Shown here piece by piece: positions 56,206 through 64,000 of a stretch of 64,000 nucleotides of DNA (positions are counted from its first letter, which is position 1; every line of letters begins with the position of its first letter). Where the stretch lies: assembly GCA_963666735.1 (NCBI GenBank), contig OY762926.1, positions 768,001-832,000 on the forward strand, read 5' to 3'. This DNA is from Gemmatimonadota bacterium (GTDB taxonomy: Bacteria; Gemmatimonadota; Gemmatimonadetes; Palauibacterales; Palauibacteraceae). The translations under genes and the position numbers were made by a program. Below the pieces are notes generated by a model. The model made no database searches and was not told where the DNA came from. It saw only the letters and a program-made list of their open reading frames with translations.

Positions 56206-57151
56206 CGGACTCGAGGTAGTCGCGCACCGGCCGCATGCGCTCGATGAGGTCGCGCTCGAAGGCCGCCGCCGGATCTTCGCCGGAATAGCGCAGGAGATGG
56301 TTCATGGCCACGACTTCGGCGATGACGGTGATGTTCTTTCCCGGGTTAAGGGGGATGCGAACCTTCGGCAGCGTTACGCCAAGAATCTCGCACTCCTCCG
56401 CCTCGAGACCGGTGCGATCGTAGTCGTCGCGCTCTCCCCAGACCTCGAGTCCCACGACGACTTCGATCCGCTTCTGCTGGCGCACGGCCCGGATCCCGAA
56501 CATGGCGCGCACATCGATAATGCCCACGCCCCGGATCTCCATGTGGTGGCGCTGGTTTTCGTGCGCGCGCCCGAGCAGGATGTCGCTCTGGCGGCGGTGT
56601 ACGAGGATGAGATCGTCGGCGACGAGGCGGTGGCCTCGCTCCACGAGATCGAGCACGCACTCGCTCTTGCCGATGCCGGACGGCCCGGTGAAGAGGAGGC
56701 CGATCCCGTACACATCCGCAAGAGATCCGTGGAGAGACGTCCGCGGCGCGAACTCTTCCTCGAGATAGGGCTGCAGCCGCCGGTAGAAATCGCCCGTCTT
56801 CAGAGGCGTTTCGAGCACCGCCACGCCGGCCGCCTCCGCGGCGGACAGGAGTTCTTCCGGCGACGCCTGGTTCTTGGTGATGATCGCGCACGGAACGCCG
56901 GACTCGAACACGAACGTGAGGGCGGCGGCGCGTTCGGAGGCGCGAAGGTTCTCGAGATAGGCGACCTCCGTTTCGCCGAAAATGAGCACCCGCTGGGAGA
57001 CGAAACGCTCCCTGTAGCCGGCCAGCGCGAGTCCCGGCGAGGAGACCTCGGGCACTTCGATCGTGCGCTCCAGGCCGGACTCGCCGGCGACCACGGTGAG
57101 CGAAAACGCTTCCTGCTTGCGCCGGAGAAGCGACGCGACCGTGAGGGTCAC
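56195..57151 (-). CDS. hprK: HPr kinase/phosphorylase
   Basis: GPSGIGKSE, LVADD, EIRGVGII. Confidence 0.95.
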   Translation of the reverse strand: MTLTVASLLRRKQEAFSLTVVAGESGLERTIEVPEVSSPGLALAGYRERFVSQRVLIFGETEVAYLENLRASERAAALTFVFESGVPCAIITKNQASPEELLSAAEAAGVAVLETPLKTGDFYRRLQPYLEEEFAPRTSLHGSLADVYGIGLLFTGPSGIGKSECVLDLVERGHRLVADDLILVHRRQSDILLGRAHENQRHHMEIRGVGIIDVRAMFGIRAVRQQKRIEVVVGLEVWGERDDYDRTGLEAEECEILGVTLPKVRIPLNPGKNITVIAEVVAMNHLLRYSGEDPAAAFERDLIERMRPVRDYLESDDE

Positions 57152-57495
57152 CCGGATTTTTCGTCCGCTTCGAACGGATTGCCGAACAGTTCGTCCATCG
57201 GCGGCGCGGAGTGTTCGCTGTACCGGTCGTGGTTACGGCGGAGCTGGTTACCCAGCTTGTCCGCGAGCCGGTCGAGGGCCGTGCGCGGGTCGGGACCCGT
57301 CGCCTCCCCGTGCACGGGACGGGCGCGGTCGACGCTGATCACGGCGGCCGCGCGCACCTGAGTCTTCTCTCCGGTGAATACGACCTCGGCCTTCGACGCG
57401 CGCGGCTCGAAGCGAGTCAGGTTCGTGAAGCGCGTCTCGATGATCTCGCGAATCTCGGAAACATCGGTGTTACGCGCGGTGACGATGGTTCTCAT
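57148..57495 (-). CDS. hpf: Ribosome hibernation factor (HPF/RaiA, short form)
   Basis: IVTARN..., ALDRLADKLGNQLRR. Confidence 0.8.
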   Translation of the reverse strand: MRTIVTARNTDVSEIREIIETRFTNLTRFEPRASKAEVVFTGEKTQVRAAAVISVDRARPVHGEATGPDPRTALDRLADKLGNQLRRNHDRYSEHSAPPMDELFGNPFEADEKSG

Positions 57496-57504
57496 CGGTC
57501 CTCA

Positions 57505-58626
57505 TCAGGGTTCGAGTGACTGGTAAAGGTGCGCTTCCGTCTCATCGGCCGCACGCGACCATGAGAATCGGGCGGCGTGGGCGATCCCGCCCCTTCCGAG
57601 GCGTCTTCGCACCGACGGCTCCCCGAGAACCTCGCGGATCGACGCGGCCCACGCCGCGGCGTCGCCGTGCGGAGCCAGAACTCCCGACTCCCCCGCCGCC
57701 ACCGACTCGCGCAACCCCGGGGAGTCGCTCGCGATCACCGGCGTGCCGCACGCGGCCGCCTCCACGTTCGTCATTCCCCAGCCCTCCTTCGGCGAGGGAT
57801 ATACCACAGCCCAGGCCCGGCGCAGCCAGGCGACCTTCTCCTTCTCGGAGATGTACCCCAGAAAGCGGACCCGGTGCGAGAGGCCCGCGCGGCGCACGAG
57901 TCTTCGAAGGCGAGGCTCGTCGCTACCGCGGCCCGCGATGACCAGCCTCGCGTCCGGCAGCCGGTCGTTCAACCGCGACAGCGCCTCGAACAGCACATCG
58001 AGCCCCTTGTATCGCTTGAGGCGGCCCACATAGAGGAGGGTCGGCGCCTCCGCACGCTCCGTCGCGGGATCGGGACGATAGGTGTCGTGGTCGATGCCGG
58101 GCGGAATGACCGCGATGTCGCGGGCGAGCAGGCCTCGCTTGGTGAGGTCGAGCGCGGTGCTCTCCGAGATCGCCTGGAAGGGACAGTCCCGATAGACGCC
58201 CGGGATCGCCCGTTCCGCAGCCCAGACCGCCGTCGCGAGAGGGATCGACGCCTCCGCGTAGGCCGTGGCCCCGAACAGGTGCGGAACGAGTGCGACGACG
58301 GGGACGCCGGCCCACCGGGGCGAATAGAGCGGGACCTTGTTGATGTCCTCCACGAGCACGTCCGGGGCGAAGTCGCGCACGGCGGCGCGCGCCGCGCTTC
58401 GGGCGCGCCATGCGTAACTGTAGCGGTTTCCGACGCGCTCGAATTCGATGCCATCGAGGATTGCGGACGGGGCCGCGCCCGGCCAGCCGCTCACGACGGC
58501 TCGCGCCGCGTGTCCGCGGGCCGCGAGCCGGCCGAAGATCTCGTGGAGATGCACCTCGGCGCCGCCGGCCTCGGGGTTTTCCCGGTCCTGCCAGTTGAGG
58601 AGGAGGATCCGGAGCGGTCGCGCCAC
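57505..58626 (-). CDS. GT4-family glycosyltransferase
   Basis: NPEAGGAE, VGRLKRYKG, EGWGMTNVEA. Confidence 0.92.
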   Translation of the reverse strand: MARPLRILLLNWQDRENPEAGGAEVHLHEIFGRLAARGHAARAVVSGWPGAAPSAILDGIEFERVGNRYSYAWRARSAARAAVRDFAPDVLVEDINKVPLYSPRWAGVPVVALVPHLFGATAYAEASIPLATAVWAAERAIPGVYRDCPFQAISESTALDLTKRGLLARDIAVIPPGIDHDTYRPDPATERAEAPTLLYVGRLKRYKGLDVLFEALSRLNDRLPDARLVIAGRGSDEPRLRRLVRRAGLSHRVRFLGYISEKEKVAWLRRAWAVVYPSPKEGWGMTNVEAAACGTPVIASDSPGLRESVAAGESGVLAPHGDAAAWAASIREVLGEPSVRRRLGRGGIAHAARFSWSRAADETEAHLYQSLEP

Positions 58627-58634
58627 GGGTTCGT

Positions 58635-59069
58635 TCAGGATCCGGCCTCTCGGGCCTTCAGTACCGCGTCAAGCACGCCGTTGACAAAACGCGGACTGCC
58701 GGGACTGCCATACCGGCGCGCCAGTTTCAGCCCTTCGTGAATCGCGACTTTCGGCGGCACGTCTTCGAACCACAGCAGTTCCGCGATCCCGATCCGCAGG
58801 ATGTTGCGGTCGATGGCGTGCAATCGCTCGATGCGCCAGTTCACGCTGTGATGCGCGATCGTCGCGTCGATATCGGCGAGATGACGGCCTGCGGTTTCGA
58901 TCAGGCGCCGGACATGGGGGCGGTAGCGTCCGGACATCCGGCGATGGACGAGGCTCTGCGCCGCGTGTTCGAGCGGCGTGCCCTCTCCGCCGACCTCCCA
59001 CGCATAGAGGAGGTGCAACGCCCAGCTCCGCGCCCGCGAATGAGCGTGTGTCCGGGCGATCGGGGTCAC
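58635..59069 (-). CDS. nusB: Transcription antitermination factor NusB
   Basis: IDRNILR, FVNGVLD. Confidence 0.92.
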   Translation of the reverse strand: MTPIARTHAHSRARSWALHLLYAWEVGGEGTPLEHAAQSLVHRRMSGRYRPHVRRLIETAGRHLADIDATIAHHSVNWRIERLHAIDRNILRIGIAELLWFEDVPPKVAIHEGLKLARRYGSPGSPRFVNGVLDAVLKAREAGS

Positions 59070-59608
59070 GAGTCGAGCTGTTCGTGAAGGTCGGCCATGC
59101 GGAGCGCCGCGCGGGCAGCCTCCGATCCGGCGTTTCCGAGTTCGCCGCCGGCCCGGGCGAGCGCCTGGTCCCGCGTGTCGGGCGTGAGCACGCCGAGACC
59201 GACGGGCACGCCCGCGTCGAGCTGCACCTTCGCGAGGCCGTCGGTGGCCGTGCGGCTTACGTGATCGAAGTGCGCGGTCTCCCCGCGAATCACGCAGCCC
59301 AGCGCGATGATGGCCGCGTATCCGCGCGCGGCGGCTCGTTGCGCGGCGAGCGGAAGTTCCCAGGCGCCGGGAACATACACGATCTCGAGGTCCTCCTCGG
59401 CCACGCCGCATTCGAGGATCGTCCGCGCGGCGCCTTCCAGCAGACGCCCGGTGACCCCGGAATTGAACCGGCTGACGAGAATACAGACCCTCCGGCCACT
59501 CCCCGCGGCCGCACCCTCATACTTCGTCCCGCGCCCGCGCGCACCGCCCCCGCGACCATCCGGGCCACCCGGGCCATCGCCTCGAGGAGTATTCGATCTG
59601 CTTCTCAC
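59066..59608 (-). CDS. ribH: Lumazine synthase
   Basis: SRFN, VPGAWELP, IRGETAHF. Confidence 0.95.
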   Translation of the reverse strand: MRSRSNTPRGDGPGGPDGRGGGARGRGTKYEGAAAGSGRRVCILVSRFNSGVTGRLLEGAARTILECGVAEEDLEIVYVPGAWELPLAAQRAAARGYAAIIALGCVIRGETAHFDHVSRTATDGLAKVQLDAGVPVGLGVLTPDTRDQALARAGGELGNAGSEAARAALRMADLHEQLDS

Positions 59609-60852
59609 GCGGATCCGGTCAGGTGTCCCAGCTTCTCGCGCTTCGTACGGAGATAGCGGACCAGCCGATCATCGATCTCGCCGAGCTCGAGCGGCACGCG
59701 GTCGCGGATCACGAGGCCGAACCCCTCCAGTCCCGCAAGCTTCTTCGGGTTGTTCGTCATGACCCGTATCGAGTGCAAGCCGAGATCAGCGAGAATCTGG
59801 GCCCCGATGCCGTAGTTCCGCAGGTCGGGAGGAAATCCCAGCGCCTCGTTCGCTTCGACGGTGTCGTGCCCCTCGTCCTGCAGCTCATAGGCGCGGAGCT
59901 TGTTCAGGAGTCCGATCCCCCGCCCTTCCTGATCGAGGTAGACGATGACCCCGGCGTCGGCATCCACGACCATCCGCATCGCGGCCTCGAGTTGGGTACC
60001 GCAATCGCAGCGGTGGGAGTGGAACACATCGCCTGTCAGGCAGCGCGAGTGAACGCGGACGAGGACATCCTCCGCCCCCGCCACGTCGCCGCGCACCAGC
60101 GCGACGTGCTCGCGCCCATCCACCTCGTTCGCGTACCCCACGATGCGGAAATCGCCCCACGGCGTGGGGAGGTCCGCTTCGGCGACGCGCCGTACGAGAC
60201 TCTCCGTGCGCAACCGGTAGGAGACGAGGGCGGCTACCGTGATGAAGGGCAGGTCGTGCTCCGCCGCGAACTTCTCAAGCTCCGGGCGGCGGGCCATGGT
60301 TCCATCCTCGTTCAGGATCTCGCAGATCACGCCCGCGGGGGTGAGCCCGGCCAGGCGAGCGAGGTCGACCGAAGCCTCCGTCTGGCCCACGCGCTGCAGC
60401 ACGCCGCCGGGGCGGGAGCGGAGCGGAAAGATGTGGCCCGGGCGCGTGAGGTCCGTCGGCCGGGTCTGGGGGTCCACCGCGACGCGGATGGTCCGGGCGC
60501 GATCCTGAGCCGAGATCCCCGTCGACACGCCGAAGTCCTGGCGAGCATCGATCGACACGGTGAACGCCGTCTTGTTGGGATCCGCCAGCCGGTCGTCCGT
60601 CATGAGCGGGAGATCGAGGCGATCGGCCATCTCATCGGGCATCGTGAGGCATATGAGCCCGCGGGCGTGCCTGGCCATGAAGTTGATCGTCTCGGGCGTC
60701 GCGAGCGCGGCCGCACAGACGAGATCTCCCTCGTTCTCGCGATCCTCATCGTCCGCGATGATCACGAGTCCGCCGCCGCGGATCCGTTCGATCGCCGCTT
60801 CCACCGTGTCTGCGGGCATGTCCGCCAGCCGAAGTCTCTTTTCGGTTTCCAT
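59605..60852 (-). CDS. ribBA: Bifunctional DHBP synthase / GTP cyclohydrolase II
   Basis: DDEDRENEGD, RPGHIFPL, RVHSRCLTGD, QEGRGIGL. Confidence 0.96.
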   Translation of the reverse strand: METEKRLRLADMPADTVEAAIERIRGGGLVIIADDEDRENEGDLVCAAALATPETINFMARHARGLICLTMPDEMADRLDLPLMTDDRLADPNKTAFTVSIDARQDFGVSTGISAQDRARTIRVAVDPQTRPTDLTRPGHIFPLRSRPGGVLQRVGQTEASVDLARLAGLTPAGVICEILNEDGTMARRPELEKFAAEHDLPFITVAALVSYRLRTESLVRRVAEADLPTPWGDFRIVGYANEVDGREHVALVRGDVAGAEDVLVRVHSRCLTGDVFHSHRCDCGTQLEAAMRMVVDADAGVIVYLDQEGRGIGLLNKLRAYELQDEGHDTVEANEALGFPPDLRNYGIGAQILADLGLHSIRVMTNNPKKLAGLEGFGLVIRDRVPLELGEIDDRLVRYLRTKREKLGHLTGSA

Positions 60853-60868
60853 TCGAACGGGAGCCGAC

Positions 60869-61477
60869 TCAGGAATCCACAGGGGCCACGTGCGGTCGGA
60901 GGGCACGAGCCACATGCTTGCCGATCAGGTCCGCCTCGAGGTTGACCTTCGCGCCGGCCAAGAGGCGCCCCAGCGTGGTGTGGGTCCATGTATATGGGAT
61001 GATGGCGAAGCGCGCGATGGTCCCGGTCAGGCGGTTGACCGTGAGACTCACCCCATCGACCGCAAGGGAGCCCTGCGACACCGACACCCTCTCGAGGCCG
61101 CCGGGCAGTTCGACCTCGAGCACGCCCGACTCGTCTTCCCACCTGGCCGCCGCCACGGTCCCCACCCCATCGATGTGTCCCTGCACCATGTGTCCGCCCA
61201 GCGGATCCCCCGCGCGCAGCGCCGGCTCGAGGTTCACGGGATCCCCGACCCGCCAAGCCCCGATCGTGGTCCGCTCCAGCGTGGCCTCGACGACGTCGAC
61301 ATCGAAGGTCTCCTCCCGGAGGGCGACGACCGTCGTGCATACCCCCGCGAGCGACACCGAGTCCCCGTCCCGGAGCCGCTCGAGGAACGGGACGCGGGCG
61401 ATCGTAAGCCGGAGACCGGCGTTCCGGCGTTCGCGGCCGGCGATCTCACCGACCGCCTGTATGATTCCGGTGAACAC
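60869..61477 (-). CDS. ribE: Riboflavin synthase
   Basis: MFTGII, GGHMVQGH, DGVSLT. Confidence 0.95.
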   Translation of the reverse strand: MFTGIIQAVGEIAGRERRNAGLRLTIARVPFLERLRDGDSVSLAGVCTTVVALREETFDVDVVEATLERTTIGAWRVGDPVNLEPALRAGDPLGGHMVQGHIDGVGTVAAARWEDESGVLEVELPGGLERVSVSQGSLAVDGVSLTVNRLTGTIARFAIIPYTWTHTTLGRLLAGAKVNLEADLIGKHVARALRPHVAPVDS

Positions 61478-61489
61478 GAGTCCGATCGC

Positions 61490-62650
61490 TCAGAGGTTGT
61501 CCAGGGTCTCCTGGAGCTGATGGTGCTCGAACACGATCTGCGTATCCTGTCCGAGCGAATCTCGCTGCACGGGCAGCCAGTCGCCCTGCGTCGACGGCTC
61601 GAGGCCCGGAAACGCCGGCACGCCGTCCCGCCCGTAGAACATGGGGGCGATGAAGACATGGATCCTCTGGATGTGTCCCCCGCGAAGCAAAGACGCGGCG
61701 ACCTGCCCTCCACCCTCGACGAGCACCGAAAGCACGCCGCGGATGGCCATTTCGTTCCAGACGGCGCTCACGTCCAGCCTGTCGTCCTCGCTCCGCGGGA
61801 CTCCGATCACATCCACGCCCGCATCGCGAAGCGGACCCGCCCGCTCGTCGAATCCGTCCGAGTCGGGATCCGCAAAGGCCCACACCGGCGCCTGTGAGGC
61901 CGTGCGCACGAGCTGACTCGAGGGGCGGAGCCTGAGCGTCGTATCCAGGACGGCCCGTACCGGCGGTACCCGCGGCTCGACCTCTCCGCGGGCCGTGAGC
62001 AGAGGATCATCGACCGCGATCGTGTTGGAACCGATCAGGATGGCATCGTGACAGGACCGGAGACGGTGGACCTCGTCCAGCGCCCGTATGCCGGTCACCG
62101 GCGTGCGAACGCTCTCCGCGCCGAGCTTCGCGTCGAGGGAGAGCGCGAGCTTGAGCGACGCGAAGGGCACCCACTGCCGGTGAAACCAGAGGAAGGCCGC
62201 ATTCAGCCGCTTCGCCGCGTTCGCCTCGATCCCGATTTCGACGTCCAGTCCGGCCTGCCGCAACTCCTCCGCCCCCTGGCGCGCCTCCGGATTGGGATCT
62301 CGACAGGCGATCACGACGCGCCGCACGCCGGAGCGGATGATGGCGGCCGTGCACGGGGGCGTCCGACCGGTATGGCGGCACGGCTCCAGAGTGACGTAGA
62401 GCGTTGCGCCCGCCGCGCGCGGCCCGGCCTCCCGCAGCGCCACGACTTCCGCATGGTCGCCGCCGTATTCCGCGTGCCATCCGGTGCCGAAGACCTGGTT
62501 CCCGCGCGCCACGACCGCACCCACGAGCGGGTTGGGCGACACGCGTCCCTGTCCGCGCGGCGCCACCGCCAGCGCCTCGCGCATGTGCCGCAGATCCTCC
62601 GTGCGGCTCGGCGGCGCCCCCGCGATGGGGTCGAATCCCCGCGCGGTCAC
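61490..62650 (-). CDS. ribD: Riboflavin biosynthesis deaminase/reductase
   Basis: PNPLVG, HAE, TLEPC..PPC, VEGG. Confidence 0.95.
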   Translation of the reverse strand: MTARGFDPIAGAPPSRTEDLRHMREALAVAPRGQGRVSPNPLVGAVVARGNQVFGTGWHAEYGGDHAEVVALREAGPRAAGATLYVTLEPCRHTGRTPPCTAAIIRSGVRRVVIACRDPNPEARQGAEELRQAGLDVEIGIEANAAKRLNAAFLWFHRQWVPFASLKLALSLDAKLGAESVRTPVTGIRALDEVHRLRSCHDAILIGSNTIAVDDPLLTARGEVEPRVPPVRAVLDTTLRLRPSSQLVRTASQAPVWAFADPDSDGFDERAGPLRDAGVDVIGVPRSEDDRLDVSAVWNEMAIRGVLSVLVEGGGQVAASLLRGGHIQRIHVFIAPMFYGRDGVPAFPGLEPSTQGDWLPVQRDSLGQDTQIVFEHHQLQETLDNL

Positions 62651-63672
62651 GACCTCTCCAGGTGCACCTTGCCGCTGCCCTCGACGAGTTGACCGCATAT
62701 GAAAGCCTCGCATCCGGAGTCGCGAACCTCCTCGAGCACCTGCCCGGCCTCCTCCTCCCGCACGATCGCGACCATCCCCACGCCCATGTTGAAGGTGGAG
62801 AAGAGTTCCGCCTCGTCCGCCCCGCTTTCCCGCGCGATGACGTCGAACTCGTGCGGGCGCGGCCAACTGCCGGGACGCACCACCGCATCGAGACTCCCGC
62901 CGATGACCCGGTCGACGTTCCCGGGGATTCCGCCTCCCGTGATGTGGGCGAGTGCCCGCACGCGACCCGCCTCGAGGCTGCGCTCGAGGATCGACAGGTA
63001 GCTTCGGTGCGGACGCAGGAGGATGTCCGACACGGAGCCCCCGGCCCCCGGGAAGGGGTCGTGGACCCCGAGTTCGAGGCGGTCGAAGAAGAGGGCGCGC
63101 ACGAAGCTGTAGCCGTTCGTGTGGATGCCGCTCGAGGCGAGTCCGATGAGACGGTCCCCCGGCTTCGGATCTCGACGGGTCAACTCCGGGTAGGCGATCT
63201 CGCCCACCACGAACCCCGCGAGGTCGTATTCCCCCGGCGCGTAGAAATCGGGCATCTCCGCGGTCTCTCCCCCGAGCAGCGCACAGCCGTTCGCGCGACA
63301 GGCGGCGGCGAGGCCCGAGACCACGCGCGTCACGGTGTCCGGGTCAAGCACGCCGCAGGCGACGTAGTCCATGAAGATGAGAGGCCGGGCGCCTTCGACG
63401 AGGATGTCGTTGACGCAGTGGTTCACGAGATCGGCGCCCACCGTGTCGTGCCGGCCGGCCATGAAGGCGATCTTGAGCTTCGTCCCCACGCCATCGGCGC
63501 TCGCCACGAGTTCCCGGCCCGGCGTCGACCGGAACCGTCCTCCGAACGAGCCGAAGTCCGAACTCACGGCATCCGTGCGGGTCCCGTGGACGAGCCGGGA
63601 GAGCCGGGCCTTCGTCGCGCGAGCCGCCTCGAGGTTCACGCCCGCGTCCCTGTACGTCAGTCCGTCGTTCAT
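62647..63672 (-). CDS. purM: Phosphoribosylformylglycinamidine cyclo-ligase
   Basis: YRDAGV, DGVGTK, GGETAEMP, HITGGG, TFNMG. Confidence 0.96.
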   Translation of the reverse strand: MNDGLTYRDAGVNLEAARATKARLSRLVHGTRTDAVSSDFGSFGGRFRSTPGRELVASADGVGTKLKIAFMAGRHDTVGADLVNHCVNDILVEGARPLIFMDYVACGVLDPDTVTRVVSGLAAACRANGCALLGGETAEMPDFYAPGEYDLAGFVVGEIAYPELTRRDPKPGDRLIGLASSGIHTNGYSFVRALFFDRLELGVHDPFPGAGGSVSDILLRPHRSYLSILERSLEAGRVRALAHITGGGIPGNVDRVIGGSLDAVVRPGSWPRPHEFDVIARESGADEAELFSTFNMGVGMVAIVREEEAGQVLEEVRDSGCEAFICGQLVEGSGKVHLERS

Positions 63673-63679
63673 GTTTCCT

Positions 63680-64000
63680 TCATGCTTCCACCCGCGGGGC
63701 TGGAACATCGAATCTCGTGAGCGTCCCGAAGCTTCGCACGCGGTCCTCCACTTCGGCCATGGTGAGCGTCGCCATACGGCGCGCGCCAAACGCTTCGCAC
63801 GCGAAGGAGCCGAGAGCGCAACCATACACGACCGCGCGCCTCAACGCCGGTCCCGTGATCGAACCGCGGCGCGCCAGGTATCCGAGCAGTCCGCCCGCGA
63901 ACGCATCGCCGGCCCCGGTGGGGTCGACCACATCGTCGAGCGGAAAACCGGGGGTGAGAAAGAACCCTTCGCTCGTGAGCAGCACGGCTCCGTGCTCCCC
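63680..64000 (-). CDS. PfkB-family carbohydrate kinase (C-terminal part only)
   Basis: DPTGAGDAFAGG. Confidence 0.88.
   Translation of the reverse strand, partial: GEHGAVLLTSEGFFLTPGFPLDDVVDPTGAGDAFAGGLLGYLARRGSITGPALRRAVVYGCALGSFACEAFGARRMATLTMAEVEDRVRSFGTLTRFDVPAPRVEA

Overview
GC-rich bacterial chromosome segment, mostly coded on the minus strand. Gene content and order suggest Gemmatimonadota (inference only). Left to right it contains: (1) a signalling block with an NTT-like/HEAT/cNMP transporter, response regulator, sensor-less histidine kinase and a partial secreted kinase-like gene; (2) tRNA-Pro and rdgB; (3) a ~19 kb respiratory locus; (4) an HmuY-like gene and hemC; (5) a split Mrp-type antiporter operon; (6) LPS/lipid genes (lptE, lpxH, mlaEFD) with tRNA-Sec, a 167 bp palindromic MITE-like element, greA, tmRNA, selB and recO; (7) a cobalamin-riboswitch-controlled ABC operon; (8) metK, a mannose-class PTS with hprK and hpf, nusB, the rib genes and purM. 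The respiratory locus is the best candidate for an undescribed system. A divergent cytochrome bd subunit-I-like protein (no Q-loop, no cydB), three c-type cytochromes and a cupredoxin-like lipoprotein precede an A1 heme-copper oxidase. Upstream is an apparent maturation module (Mrp ATPase, Zn-ribbon protein, ferredoxin, ABC exporter, tandem-USP protein, radical SAM/SPASM enzyme) in which three different proteins carry four copies of the BchB/ChlB C-terminal (PCP_red-like) domain. All calls come from reading motifs by eye. No database searches were run, and many start codons were re-picked from stop/start overlaps.
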